Part shown: one piece after another, positions 20,401 to 34,355 of the stretch
How positions within the stretch are numbered: the stretch's first letter is position 1
Layout: the number at the start of each line of letters is the position of its first letter
Source: Callorhinchus milii
Lineage: Eukaryota
Length of the DNA: 64,000 nucleotides
Assembly: GCF_018977255.1 (NCBI RefSeq)
Contig: NW_024704751.1
Span: 9,610,001-9,674,000 of the forward strand
Direction: 5' to 3'
Translations under genes and position numbers: made by a program
Notes under the pieces: model-generated
Database searches by the model: none
The model's input: the letters and a program-made list of their open reading frames with translations, nothing else
What the model was told of the DNA's origin: nothing

Positions 20401-23400
20401 CAGAGTTCTGATTTCCAGGACGATCGGGGAATCCTAGACCCCAGTCACTCAATCCCCGATTGTGTGTGGGGCGCTGCTGTGTGCGATTGGCTACCGCATT
20501 TCTTCCACAAAATCACTTTACAGTATGTTCTGCGAAGCGCATTGAGGCATTTCGAAGACGTGGTAAGGCTCTATATCAAATGCAAGGATTATTATTATTA
20601 TCAATCACTACACTTCAAAGTAACAGGTTTTCTGGAGCCACAATGGGATTGATAATTTATAAAATTAAACAATTTATTTCTCACGACAGATCAAAAATTC
20701 CATTCCACAACCAATTTATTTAAAAGCTTCTGAAATGCGTCCTAATCGATGGCCACGGTCACCTCTGATGGGAGTGTCTGTGAGCCTGGTTTGTTAAATT
20801 AAAACATTAATTTTTTTTACTTGATTGGGGTCTAAATTACACTACTAAAAACATTGTGGCCAAAGTCTACTTGGGCAAGAACAAACACATCCTTTGTGCT
20901 GTGCTGCTGCTCCCTGTATCAGAAACATTTGGAACGACCCTAATTGCATGCGTTTACTGGCAGAGTTGTATTTGTTTGGCCCATTATACTAATAATGCAT
21001 CTTTTTGCTTACCAGATAATCTATCTGCACACATTGTACCACACAAGGTCATTTTAGTCTATTGTTAATGGCTCGTATCCTGCTATTAAAGTAATTCTGG
21101 GCAAAACATTCTTTCCCTTCTGTTGCTGAATATTGTCGCGATTATTGCTAAGAAGTAGACAAAAGAATGTGAGATGAGCCGAATGTTTTGTGAGCGAAAT
21201 CTATTTCACTTTTCTTGTCGAGTAGCAGCGGCTTTGCAAAGGCAGTTGTGTTGAGACCCTAGGGTGCAATGTGTGGTATTTATTCATGTGGGTTCCTTAA
21301 TGAGAAATTCTGAGTCCTACAAACTGAGCTCTTCCTCCAGCTGGAATTAAAACCATTCAAAAAATTTCCCCAAATTCTGATTGCTCTGAAATGTTAAGAA
21401 AATAGTCAATGCTAGAACCAGATGGAACTTCTCCTCTTTGTCATTTAAAATAACGACTCCTCTTCCTCCGTCTCATTCAGTTTCTATCTTGGGATCTGGC
21501 CTTTTGTCTGATTTTTTTNCCCCCCTGTTGGTGCTTCCTGCCTGCAAGCGTCCGTCCGGAAGGTCTGGGATGGACTCAGTTTCTCTCTCCCGTCACTGGG
21601 GAAACCATCATTCTGATCGCCTGAAATCGACCCTTCTATTTAAACATTGACCACTTGAAATGATCAGCCAATCGCTCACCTTAGTCAGACGATGTGAGCC
21701 ATATGCTGCCATCTCGTGGATAAAAACATCAACACCATTTCCTGCAAGATCCCAGTGGACTAAATGCATGTACTGTACGTAGGTAATAATAATAACAACA
21801 ATGCTTGTATTCAATATAGGTCTTATCACGTCGTGGAGAAGTCTCAAAGAGCTTCACAGGATATATGTGGAGTCCTGTAGCTCAGTGGTTAGAGCACTTG
21901 CCTTGCAAGCGAGACACCTGGGTTCAATTCCAGGCAGGACGAAACCTTGGGCAAGTTTCCTTACTCCACACTCCTAATCATAATCCCTCCCAAAATAAAA
22001 CAATAATAAATTGGTCATCTTCAATCCACGGCTGTTTGTGGGGACGCTGCTGTGTGCAATTGGCTGCCGCGTTTCGCCCACAAATATACAGTCAATTCAC
22101 TTTACAACATATTCTGTGAAGCGCTTTGAGACATCGAGAAGATGTGAAAGGCGCTATATCAAATGCAAGGATTATTATTATACTGTAAGTGAATTGACTG
22201 AATTTTGTGCGCGAAATGGGGCTGTCAGTTTGCACCCAGCAGGGTCTCACAAGCAACCGTGAAGTGAGTGACCAATTTTATTTGGGGAATTGTTGTCCAG
22301 GACACCGAGAGAGAGAAACTCTCTTCTTGAATAGTGCCATGGGATCTCGCAGTTTAACGTTGTCAGCTGTGTATGTGATTCCGAGTTCCGATGTGGGGCT
22401 CAAACTCTAAATATGTGTATACTGTATAGCGTAGACCGGTACTTCCAAGGTGTCTGAGCTTCCAGGATCCTGCTGCAGTCATGTTGGGAGCTTCTGTGGA
22501 CGGTTACATCTATCTTGGAGTCTTACTGAATAGTGCGCATTCACTAGTAACTTTGGACTGCGTTAAATGTGGTTATGTCATGATTGATGTCATGATGGAA
22601 AATCTCTTTGCAATTAACTGGTGTTTTGTTTTCTTGCATGCTGTGATTTTAAATTGTCTATTTTAACAGCATTTCTTCCTTGAGTGCTTGTTTGCAGGAA
22701 TTCTGTATCCTGTTCAATCATTGTGACATCTACTCCTCTTTCTTCCTCTCTGCAGCATCCCAACGGTGCCCATCCAGCTGAACGGTCCAAGCCATGTAAT
22801 ACCAGCATTCGCAGGTAACGGTGATATACAAGTTATTGCAATGTAAATTAGTATATACTTACACTAGTACACAGGGAGCTCTCACACATTAGTTTACAGA
22901 TAACAGCTGTGTACATTAGGAGGCAGTATGTGCATTAATATATCTGTATTTACAGGCAACTGTTGCGAACATTTCTATATAAGTATATACTGGTAACTGC
23001 TGCATACATTAGCATGCAAGTATCCACTGCTTACATGAGTATACAGGTAACTGCCATATACTTTGATATACAGGTTCTCAATAAAATGAGATCCAAACCC
23101 CTATATTAGAATTGTCTTGAAATACAAAAGGATTCCAGGAGCAACCTTGTTACTGAAGCAGAAGGTTAAAAGTCTCCTGCAAGTTAGTGGAATGGAAGAT
23201 TTGTTGGGTTAGAGAGCACTGCTCATCTACAACTTGAGAACTGTGTTTAGCAGAATGAAAGTGATTCATGACCTTTCTCAATAGGACACTGCTTCAGTCT
23301 GGTTCCGGGTCATATATACCAAGGATGCTTTAGAATTCTCCTGTTTAATGATGAATTAGATGATCTGAGCTGGGGTGGTGGGGGGTTGCTACACTGAGGT

Positions 23401-26400
23401 TGACCAAGATGTTGGATTAGGATAGGATCACACTCCATGGTTGGCTCACCTGTAGAATTTCCCCTTGAGTACTATACTCCTTGGCACTACAATCCCATCA
23501 GGTTATTACTTCCAGGAGAGGAGGGCAAGACATGGGTGTGGTAGATGTCTTCAAACCTCCTCATAACCAAGGAGAAAGGCAGGGTCTTGAGATGTGCCTT
23601 AAGGGAGGAAAGGGAGGGGAGCAAGACAAAGCGACTGTGGGATGGAATTCCAAAAGGTGGGGGATGTGCAGCAGGCCGGAGCTTGCTGAGCGGATGGAGC
23701 AGAATGACCCTGATTTCTTTTTCATTTCTATGAACTTGCTGAGTTCCTTGTTAAAGCCCTTTATGATTTCACCACCTGTCTGTTCACACATGGACTTCGT
23801 TCCTCCCGATAACGTACAGTTATCAAAAAAATCTACTTGTAATTTTTGCACTAGAGGAGGGATATATAGTAGAAGAAAAGGACGGTTTATTCCCTTTACT
23901 CTTTCAGATAGGCTTACTGTAATTGGATCCATGCTTAAACACTGGCTTTTACCTCTTGCCTTTCGTGCACATTTGCGAAAGCTTGGTAGTGATTTCCCTG
24001 AGGCAGGGAGCTGAGCATGCATCTACCAGGACTCGATTTTCACTTCATATGCTGTATGCTGCATGCAGGCACCTTGGGCCGCTCTTTTGGGAATGTAGAT
24101 GCAGGCAGGTGCTTTGTATTCCTTTCCGTTTGTGCAGCCCTGAGACCGTGAGTTTAACCACACTTAGACAGGTTGGTGTTGGAATACCAATCCAATGGAG
24201 CCACAGCGTTGGCAGATTTGGTTTTTTTGACCTTATGTTGCCAAGCTGTTCTGGGGAGCAGAGGTGAGTGCTCTCAACCTCTCCGATGAACTGTTGTTCC
24301 ATTTTGGGGATGTTGTCTCAGGCCTAAGGGTAAGAGGGACATGAGAGGAAGGTGCCACCTGCATCCCATATCATCCCATTGCCAGCTTCTCTCACAGAAG
24401 GACAACAAAGTACTGAAAATATGGTGTGAGATAAACACAGAAGTTTGGACATGGAATGCCTTGGCTAGTCCTATTCTTGGCTGCAAGAACATTAAGCAGA
24501 ATCCCAATGACTGCCACAAATGAAAATTAATTTACAGTTCAAAAGTGCTGTCCCGTTCCAAGGTTAACCAGAGAAAGTGCATCCACTGATCAAATGTTTT
24601 TGTATGAAGCACTGTTTCTCCTGTAGTTGAGTCCTCTCACCTGCATTTAACTCCCAGTATCGCTTCTCCCTTGCCCGAAGACTAATAAATAAAGAGGCAC
24701 TGCTGTCTCACAAGGTGTCTGTAAAGGGGGAGAGACATCAGTACAGTGGGTGGGAGAACAATTGGGCACGTGAAGAATCCTACACATCTCCCAAGGAAAT
24801 TAATGATAAATATCCTATTTTCCTGAGTTTCCATTGTTGGGGTATGTTGGGGAGATAGGAGAGAAGACTGTGGTGCAGCCCTAGACAGCACAAGGAACTC
24901 TGAAAATAATACATTTTAGTGAATGAGTTTTATTGTAGACCAAGTGATAAACTGAAGTGATAAACAACATTGCGATCCTGTTTATCTGAAGTCCCTGATT
25001 ATCCGAGCTGTTAGCCTTTGGTGTTGTTTTTCCATAGACTTCAGTGCAAGCTCCTTACTTTACAAAGCTTACAATACTGAAGTTATGTTATGCACACAAC
25101 TAGTTATTTGGGTTCTTCACTTAGCTGAATGGGTTGCTATCGTATTGGGATAGAGGCAGGAGGTCCCAGTGTATTAGAGCTCACAATCAGTGTATGGAAA
25201 TGCTGTTGTTTGCACTATTTTATTTGCATCGAGGCTTCACTGGCCTTAACACATGTTCTTTGGGCTGCTGTTTACTCATCTCTTTCAGATCACTGGTGAA
25301 GTGATGGGGGTCTGTGATGACTTGATTTGCACGATTTGGACTGACACTTTTGATCTTTTCAAACCTTTTGTTGTTGGGTGATTTGCATTTTGTTTACTTC
25401 TGTTGACCTTTTCATTCCTTTAGATTTTCTCTTTGGTTTCTTTTTTGTTTTTAAATTTACTTTACGTGTGTTTTTATGTTTGTCTTTTTACCGTCTTCCC
25501 CTTCTCCCTCATCCCTCCCCTCCCCCTCCCCCCCTCTCCCCATGCATGCTGATCACTGACCTTGTAGGCATGGCTGCAATTCTGATGTGTGCCGCTGGAC
25601 TTCCTGCGTGTTTCACCCGCGCAGCTAAACCCGTGTCCAATCCCGACTCAAGAAAAAGTGATAAAAAACCCAGCCCTGCCAAAGATAAATCATTTAGGAG
25701 ATCGAAGAAAGTGTCCAGAAAAGGTAGTTAAAAAAGACATTTCCTCTTTATTCAGCAGTACGAATGTGTTTCGTGTTCCCAGTGAGTCAAAGGTCTGTTT
25801 GGTTATTGTACTGTACTGTGAGCTCTTGAGATTTCAATGTACGGTTTTTTATTTCTTGGCTTCTCGAACGTTTTGAGTTTTTAAAGTTGTTCTGAATGTT
25901 CCTGATCTTACTGATGGACGTGTAGTTTTGGGGCCAAAGGCAGATCATGGACTTAGAGCCACAAGGCTTTTTCATGATCCGGCTCAGGTGCCAGAACCAT
26001 AATGGTCAACACTATGCCTAGAATGTATTTTGTTTGGATATTTTGTGCAGGTAAGTAACCTGTGAGTCGGTGAGCACCAATTTCATTTTAATTTAGGGAG
26101 AGTTAAGAACTCTTCCGTTTTGTGATGTTCCTTTTTTTCATACCTTTCTCTGTCAATATTCCCTTCCTCGCCTCTCTTGAAAACACTCGACTCCCTTTCT
26201 ACTTGAGTTACAAGTCCACGCTTGCCAGCTGTTCTCTGGTGGATCAAATCTTGGACCTTTCCAATCTGTGTGGCTCGGCTAACAGACAAACCTGCTGTGT
26301 CTCAAATCCTTTTGCATACAAAATGACGATTTGCTGGCAATGAACTATTGGATTACTCATTATGCTCATCTGTCTCTGCGGATGCATTGAGCGTCAGGAA

Positions 26401-29400
26401 TATCAACGATTTCCATGCCCTCTTCCAGACAAACAAACCTGTGCATATGAATTACCTGGCAGCCAATTGCTCACAGCAGTGTCCCACAAACCTGAAGCAC
26501 TTGGGACTTTTCAATAACCTAATAAAGGGTATATCAAATGCAAGGATTATTAGTCACCAAAGGGAACTGTATTTGGCAAGGGTCAGGTTTTCAGGTTGGG
26601 CTTAAAAAGCATAGTGTCCAAACAAAATCATTTTACACCTGAGAAGGAGTGTGTTTAGATTGTTAGCAGTCAATGGCAATTTTCAGTCCTGGCTTTGCTT
26701 GATTGTCTCCTTTTGTTTCTTCCTCCCAATGCAGAATTGGTGAAAGGCCCAGAGGAGGTGGTGAAAAAGTACATGGTGAAATTGGAACAACGTACAGATG
26801 AGGTGAGGCCACAAATGTAGCTGGTTTCTGCATAAGTGTGACAAGGAAACTAGGGCCAAGGTGGAAAAAATGTTTATTCTGCCCCTCTCTTTTGTGTGAA
26901 AAAAAAGTAAGGAAGGTCTTTCCTCTTGCTGAACTATGCATTAGCATTTGCACTTCCCAGACGGAGCGAAATGTTGGGCAAGTTTCCTTACTCCACACTT
27001 CTCTGTTTACCTAGCAGTACGTAGGAATTCCAATTGTTAGTCGATTGGAGGATCGCTTTTCCAAGGGTAATAATCCCATCCAAAAAAAGTAATAATTTGG
27101 TCACTCAATCCACGACTGTTTGGGACGCTGCTGTGCGCAATTGACTGCTCTTTCGCTCATAAAGTGTAGTCAATTAACTCCACAGAATATTCTGTGAAGC
27201 GCTTCTGCGAGCACGTGGTAAAGCGCTATATCAAATGCAAGGATTATTACAGAGCAAGCTTTTGTTTGAATCCTAATTATTGAAAATAGATCATTAAACC
27301 TTTGCTTTTTCTCCCCCATTTTTTGTTTCAGGACTGTATAATCTGCATGGAGAAGCTGAGTGACCTATCTGGTTATGATGGAGTGTCCCACAGTAAAACC
27401 ATCCAGCCTGATAGCGTGGGGAAGTTCACAAAATGTGGCCACATATTTCACCTGCTGTGTATGATGGCCATGTATGAAAATGGGACCAAGGTGCAGAAAA
27501 ATTCCACTCTTTATTTTTAATATAGTCATAAAATAATATAATAATCCTTGCATTTGATATAGTGTTATCAGGTCGCTGAGACGTCTCAAAGTGCTTTGCA
27601 GATTATAACGTAAAGTGGATTGACTATATTTTGTGGGTGGATATGTAGTGTGTGTGTATATATATGTCTACACACACACACAGTCGAACTTCCTTATAAT
27701 GGTGGAAAAGCCCAGGAAACAAATACTGTGAAAGCTAAGCACACGTCCCAGATCCAGACTATTTTCTCAATGGCAAGCTGCAAGGTTTTAGCTGATTCCA
27801 CCCTTTAGCTGAAACCCCAGCAGCCTCCTTATAGACACTGTGGGGTCCCCCAGCCTCGGGTCTTACCAATCTGCACCTAATATTTTCTGGAATTAAGTAT
27901 ACAGGCTGCATCTCTGCAAGCAAAGGGCAATTTCCATGTGTAAATAACGTGCATGTGTAGGACTCTTGTCTGGTTTGAATAGTCTTAAGCACGATGATTG
28001 GTTTCCAAATGTGGCTGGCCAAAAAACACCCGACAGATTTGGTCCATGTAATGAGTTTAGTTTTAAACGCTGCATTTTAAACAATGAATCTACACATAGT
28101 CCCTTTCATGTCAGGAGGACGTCCCAGGGTGCTGGACAGTTGAGGGTTTGCACCAGCGTTGGGGGATGGATTCGAGAGGGGTGGATTTGTGGGTGGGAAG
28201 ATGACCGATGCAAGTAAATACAGCGGGTGATTACAGAAGGTCCTGCAAACAGCTGTGAAATGAATGATCAATTGGAAGGTGCCTTTCTCCAGGCAAAATA
28301 CAATTTCCATGTGTAAATAACATGCTTGTGTGGCACTCTGTCTGGAGGATTGTTGGCCAGAACACCAGGAGACACTCCCTTCTCTTTGATTATTGTCATG
28401 GGATCTTTAATGGCCCTCTGAGCAGACAGGTGGGACCTCAATTTAACAGATTATTTGATAGACGGAGTTCAAGAGAGTTGGTGGTGGGAGGGCGGAAAGT
28501 CCATGAAGAAAATAATTTGAGGCAGAGAATGTAATTGTTACAGTAACATTATCCCGACTGATGGTGAAATCTGTGCTGAATTGTTTGAATTGTTCTTTCT
28601 GTAGGACGGCAGTTTACAGTGTCCCTCCTGTAAAATGATCTATGGTGAAAAGACTGGTACACAGCCAAAAGGCAAAATGGATCTTTACTTGTTGCCTCAG
28701 TCTCTGCCGGGACACCCAGACTGTGCAGCTATACACATTGCATATTATATTCTTCCTGGAATCCAGGTAATCGTCTGAGCTGCAATCCATTGTGTTCAGA
28801 TAATGATAATAATAATATTAACAATCCTTGCATTTGATAAAGCACCTTATCACGTGCTCTAGACGTCTCAAAGCACTTCACAGATTTTACTGTAAAGTGA
28901 ATTGGCTGTATTTTGTGATGGAGAGTCTCATTCGTTTCATTCACAACTCGATCTTCCTTTGTTGTCAACAGGGTCCAGAGCATCCAAATCCAGGCAGACC
29001 GTTCACTGCTCGTGGCTTCCCTCGGCACTGCTACTTGCCACACAATGATAAAGGCAGAAAGGTAATGGAGGGCAAAAATCAAACCACCACATGCTTGTAA
29101 AATAGATTTTTAAAGGGTGGTTTGTTGCATCTTAATCTGTTGCATGGAATCGCCGTTAAAATGATAATAATAATAATCCTTGCATTTGATATAGCGCTTT
29201 TCACGTCAGGAGGACGTCCCAAAGCGCTTCACAGAACACACTGTAAAGTGAATTGACTGTATATTTGTGGGCGAACGCGGCAGCCAATTGCGCACAGCAA
29301 TGTGCCACAAACAGTTGTAGATTGAAAATGACCAATTTATTATTGTTTTTGGTTTTGGAGGATTATTATTAGGCTCTGTGTGGAGGAAGGAAACTTGCCC

Positions 29401-29965
29401 GAGGTTTCGCCCTCTGCCTGGAATTGAACTCAGGTCTCTCACTTGCAAAGCGAGTACTCTAACTACTGAGCTACAGGACTCCACGATATAATAATAATAA
29501 TCCTTACATCTGATATAGCGTCTTATCACGTCTTCAAGATGTTTCAAAGTGCTTCACAGAATATACTGTAAAGTGAATCGACTATATATTTGCAAACGAA
29601 ACACGGCAGCCAATTGCGTACAGCAGTTAACTTCATTCATTCATTCCTCTTAACACCAGGGATCAGATTTGTTGCCGTGTCAATTGGATTTATCTTGGAA
29701 ACTCGCTGACTGGAGGGATGAATTCTGGCTTTTTTTTCAGGTCCTGGAGCTTCTGAAGGTCGCTTGGAACAGGCGACTGATATTTACCGTGGGTACGTCA
29801 AACACAACAGGCGAGGCAGACACTGTGGTTTGGAACGAGATTCACCATAAAACTGAGATGGGGTCCAACGTCTCGGGGCACGGCTACCCTGACCCCAACT
29901 ACCTGGACAATGTCATTGCAGAGCTGGCTGCTCAAGGTGTTACAGAGGACTGTCTTCGACAATAA
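10964..29965 (+). CDS. DTX2: Deltex E3 ubiquitin ligase 2, 652 aa (2x WWE, RING-H2, DTC)
   Basis: join(10964..11420,16662..17244,22756..22814,25568..25723,26735..26802,27332..27490,28605..28766,28972..29061,29741..29965)=1959 nt, phases consistent; [63 protein letters not shown]; C-terminus GVTEDCL and adjacency to UPK3B indicate DTX2. Confidence 0.94.
11472..11798 (+). repeat. Pure G/A low-complexity tract in DTX2 intron 1
   Basis: ~330 bp almost exclusively G and A. Confidence 0.9.
12041..12365 (-). mobile_element. Full-length young tRNA-derived SINE
   Basis: Reverse complement of the 6091-6413 element, near-identical. Confidence 0.92.
14041..14614. repeat. Inverted repeat, 97-bp arms (14041-14137 and 14518-14614), ~380-bp spacer
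   Basis: Manual alignment: 88/97 identical, no indels. Confidence 0.9.
16662..17244 (+). CDS. DTX2: DTX2 exon 2 (WWE2)
   Basis: ccacag|GA..AG|gtacag; [27 protein letters not shown]. Confidence 0.93.
17331..17452 (+). pseudogene. Non-coding duplicated fragment of DTX2 exon 2 (WWE2 coding sequence)
   Basis: 111/122 identical to 16832-16953; TAT changed to TAA in the original frame. Confidence 0.85.
19720..20420. mobile_element. Nested CR1/L2 LINE fragments
   Basis: aaatttgcagatgacatcaagttgg (KFADDIKL), aaatgcaaggtattgca, acaaacagaatgctgggct: CR1 RT-like, interrupted by L2 and CR1 tails. Confidence 0.6.
21867..22180 (+). mobile_element. Full-length tRNA-derived SINE inserted into an older minus-strand SINE
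   Basis: A/B boxes and tail; flanks gatata|..|tactgtaagtgaattg rejoin into the SINE consensus. Confidence 0.88.
22756..22814 (+). CDS. DTX2: DTX2 exon 3
   Basis: ctgcag|C..G|gtaacg; [19 protein letters not shown], phase 2-1 bridges its neighbours. Confidence 0.85.
25568..25723 (+). CDS. DTX2: DTX2 exon 4
   Basis: ttgtag|GC ATG GCT..G|gtagtt; [19 protein letters not shown]. Confidence 0.9.
26735..26802 (+). CDS. DTX2: DTX2 exon 5
   Basis: atgcag|AA..GAG|gtgagg; [18 protein letters not shown]. Confidence 0.9.
27332..27490 (+). CDS. DTX2: DTX2 exon 6 (RING)
   Basis: tttcag|GAC TGT ATA ATC TGC..AAG|gtgcag. Confidence 0.94.
28605..28766 (+). CDS. DTX2: DTX2 exon 7
   Basis: ctgtag|[29 protein letters not shown]|gtaatc. 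Confidence 0.94.
28972..29061 (+). CDS. DTX2: DTX2 exon 8
   Basis: caacag|[30 protein letters not shown]|gtaatg. Confidence 0.95.
29165..29484 (-). mobile_element. Full-length young tRNA-derived SINE, in tandem with an older SINE tail (29488-29630)
   Basis: Near-identical to 12041-12365. Confidence 0.9.
29741..29965 (+). CDS. DTX2: DTX2 exon 9 (DTC end, stop)
   Basis: tttcag|[27 protein letters not shown]. Confidence 0.95.
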   Translation, partial: VLELLKVAWNRRLIFTVGTSNTTGEADTVVWNEIHHKTEMGSNVSGHGYPDPNYLDNVIAELAAQGVTEDCLRQ

Positions 29966-32900
29966 CTACATCAACATCCGGGGCTTTCGATCTAAACCTT
30001 TCCTCTCTCTCTCTCTCTCTCGTGAGTCAGATTTGAGAGAGGGAGAGAGCCTCTCAATCATTGGCTCCTGTTGGATTTTGCACTTTTATCATTAGATGTC
30101 TGTCAGGTTTTTTCTTCTCTCTTTTTCTTTTCCTGTTTAATCAAACACTTTTACTTTGGTTTCTTTGGCTGGAAAGATAAAAGTCAGTGGCACAGCACAT
30201 TGGCTTCTACTCTGTCCTCTTTCTCTCTTACCTTGAATCCACACTAATTATCCTGAACACGTTTTTTTTCAAACCGGGCAGATCATTTCTCTTTCTTTGA
30301 AGTGGTGATGAAGCAGCTTCACGTCCAGGATTGTTTTACTTCTTTTGGCAATCAAATTGGTATTGGATCCATGTTCGTTATGGTTGTGGGTATCAAGGAT
30401 CCTTTAGCAAGTCTGATTCATTGCTTCAGTCCAGTTGAGCCCATTTTTAATGTGAAGAAGTATATTAAAAAAATGAAGCAGCCAGCATGTCACTACCCGG
30501 CTTCTGTAGGAGAAAGTGACCCCACTCGCCATGTTAATCTCCGCTCTCTTTTATAGGTTGATGTTCCCGCTGTGTGCATCTAGCATTTTCTAGCCTTACT
30601 TTTAAACAAAACATTCCCTCCAGTGTTTTCTCCCCTTCTTTCCTGAAGATGCTGACTTGTGCTGGGTTTTCTTTTGTATCCTGGTCAAAGGGCTATTTTC
30701 TAACTATGAGTTTAGACCATTCATATCCAGGGCTATTCAAGACTTGGAGGGGAGGTGGTGGGGGATGGGGGTTTGGTAGCTAAGCCAGTCCTGTCCTCAC
30801 CAGATGTCTATGCACTTTCCAACATGTTTTATTGGGGAAGAAATACTTGCTTTTTTTTTTCTTCTCATCTTTCCCATCAAACCACACATAAAAGGTCTGA
30901 TTATTTCAATGTTTTTAGTAGAAAACAAATGTTGAAGTGGGAGAACAGTACTAGAATTCCCTGAGGAGTTGCTTCCCTCTTTAACAAGTGATTGGTCCTG
31001 AAATAAAATTGTGGTGCGGTGGAGCTCTAGCCTGTTTTATGCGTAGCGCTCTTTCATTTTTGTTTCAGTTTGTATTCAAGTGTCATACATAATGATTGGA
31101 AATTTCAGCTTAGATCCATCTACCCATTTTCTTTGCTCTTTTACCTTCTGCTCTCTGTGAACACTTCAAACGTAGCAGCCTTTTCCAGGTTAAGACAGAG
31201 ATGACAAGAATGTAGTGAATCACTCACATTGTGCAGTGGTGGGAATCCTGGTGTCCTGGTGGCACTTCCAGGCTCGATCTTAAGCTGGCTTTGCTGGCAA
31301 AACACACGTGACATGTTCGATGTTACATAGTCAAAGGCTTTCATATTTCTAGGCAAGATCATGTCTATGTCCTCTTTCGGCTACACTGTGAAATGTATTG
31401 CTGATGTAGAATTTGACGGTGCTTGCTGACCTTTTTATTTTCTCTCTCTTTATTTCTTCGAGGGTTTTGTAAAAATTAAATTCTGCCTTAGCTTTGCTTT
31501 CCTTGAGTTGTGGTCAGTTTGTCCAACTGAAGACATGTCGCAGCCTCCAGTTGAGTGTGATTATCAATTACAGTTCTTCCCAACCTAAAGTAAGTAGAGA
31601 TTCTGCAGAGATCTGAACTCTGAAGTGTTATAGATGCCATGTTGAGCATTCAGTGCAAGATCTCAGGCTGTTAAATGATGAAAGGTGAGCAGCAAAGCAC
31701 AGCATAGCTGTTTTCCTTTGGATAATATGATATGAAATGGTCCCATTTGCCTCTAATAACAGTGTAGGTGGATGTTAATGATTCCATGGCAATGAATAAG
31801 AGTTAAGACATTCTCTGTGTCCTGGCCAATATTTCTCACACGTTCGAATTCACCAGAAGAAACAAATAAGTTATAAGAAAGAAGCACCTGTGATGTATCC
31901 AAATGTTTTATAATTAATATTTATAAAATGACATACCTGCAAAATAACAATCCTTGCATTTGATACAGCTCCTTGTCACGCCTTTAAGACGTCTCAAAGC
32001 GCTTCACGGAATATACTGTAAAGTGAATGGCTGTATATTTTGTGGGCAGCCAATTGCGCACAGACAGCGTCCCCACAAACAGCCGTGGATTGAAGTGACC
32101 AAATAATTTTTTTTAACGTAAATGTTCATTTATTAGTTACGAATTAGACAAGGTGAGGTTTTCTCCGCATGGGGCTTAACCTAGTGGAATGTTTGTGGAA
32201 TATTTCAAATGAAATTTATAAAGTGCGGGGGTTTACCCTGCATTGAGATGTCGGTTAACATCCTGTCAGCTGCCAAAATCACCAGCAGGCGGCTCACTCA
32301 ATGTAGAGAACAGGCTCAGTGTTAACCCGTGGCCAGTAAAACAAAATCTTCCTAATAAACCACAGACGATGGGAGTTCCCATCCTCTCAGCCACCGTCAG
32401 AAACCGAAACATAGAAACAGGAGGAGGCCACTCAGCCCTTCAAGCCTGTTCTGCCATTCTATAAGATCGTGGCTGATACATCGCCATATGCAGTGATGAA
32501 TACCTGCCTTATCAGAAAAGTATGTGAGGGCGTCAGGAGATCGCTGGGCTATGACTAAAGGTGAATGAAATGCAGATAAGAATCTGACATTTTTATGTGT
32601 AAGGAAGGAAGGGCCTATTTAACAGAGATGTGGGATTTTCTCTTATTCTCCAGGGTGTTTGGGCTCATGGATTGGGATTAGGATGTTCTGATTGTCTTAA
32701 GTGTCTGGTGGAACTCAGAACAAAGTGCTGGTTGGTGATAGCCCCGGAGGGGGGGGTCCCTCAGCTATTACAGCAAACCTGATGGGAGCTGAAATAAAGT
32801 GGTGGTGAGTGAGATTCACCAATCTGATTGCAATACTATACAAATTACAATATAAATTTACATTTCTGTAGTGCCTTTCACATTGGGAAGATTGATGTCC

Positions 32901-34355
32901 CAAAGCGCTGGACAGTTTGTGGTTTGCACCCGAGCTGGGGTGGGGTGGGAGACCGGGAGGGGGGAAAAGATGGCTGAAAACGCAGTCAACGAGGATGCAG
33001 TGCTGGAAACTCCACTTTACCGTGTCAAGACCATCCTATTTACCTTCAACACCACCGTTTACTTTTTGGTGATAGTCAAAGTACGTAGAGAAGGGAATTT
33101 CTCCCTGTTTCATGGCCAACAATTGTCTAGGTAAATTAGTCATGCATTTCACGGCCGTTTGTGGGACTACGGTTCCTAAAATGACTGACACGTTTGCCTG
33201 CAAATGCAGTGACTACCTTTGCCAGCAATTCCCTTGAAGTGCTTTGAGATATTTGCATATTTGATGTAAGAGCGTTCCCAACATCTCTCCTTTGCAAACT
33301 TTGTTTTCAAAACCTTCCTAAAAAGATACCCTCAGTCACCGCCATCCTACACACCCCTCCCTTCTACCCCTACCATCCCAAATCTGAGGCTCCCACTCTT
33401 GTCTCCATGAAATGTTCTGATATATTTTCTTACGTGAAAGGTGTGAAGTGTCGTTTCTGGGTTGGACCAACCTGTCTGTCTGCAGAGAACAATTAGGGCG
33501 ACAAAATATTGGTTCAAAGGCTGATGGTGAAATTGTAATTACAGGATGATGTGTCCCAGTTGTTTCAGTGTCTCAAAAGAATTGAGGGAGTTTGTGTTTT
33601 AACGACTGACAGCCTCTTTGTTACACCCAGCAACCAAATGCTTGCACAATGCCGGTTACATTAATGGCAGCCAAGCCTGTAGAGATTACCATTCAGCAGC
33701 CTCCTGGCACATTCACATCCTAAGGCTTTCCAGCTTCACACTCAAGTGATCAGACATACCTTCTCTCCTGCACCTCCTTTTGCTTCTCTTCCCCTCCGCT
33801 TAGTGTGTGAATTCCTGTCGGTTTTCCCTTATCTCCCTCTTCCCCTGAGTATGAGAAGGAATCACACGTTTAAACAGTTTTTAAGGGTGTACTTATCTTA
33901 TTTCTGGGACTTGTACTTCGAGTGATATGTGATCAGGTGAGCATTAATGGATCATTTTTGTTTCTTTTACCAGTTGATCAGTTTCCACACGATGGGCTCT
34001 GCATTTGCAGGATACCCCAAATTATCCTGAGCATTGAATAAATCCAGTTGGGGCATTGGTTAAGTCAGAAGAGAGTTAAAGATGGTCTTTTTTTCCCCTT
34101 TCCCCCAATCCAGGCCACCCACCACAGAAAAATGCTTCGAGCACACTTAATAAATCCTTCTGTTTTTGGCACTTCCCAGCACAGAAACAGCTGGCGTTTC
34201 AATGTATTCCCAGACTAGACAGTGTAACCCTGAAATCTATAAATTGGAACGTCAGAAATAATCACTTTAAACCACTGCTACCACAGTCCTCCAGCCTGTG
34301 TCAGTTAACTGTCTTTACGAACCGTTCTAACAGAATGGGATTTGATTGATGGATG

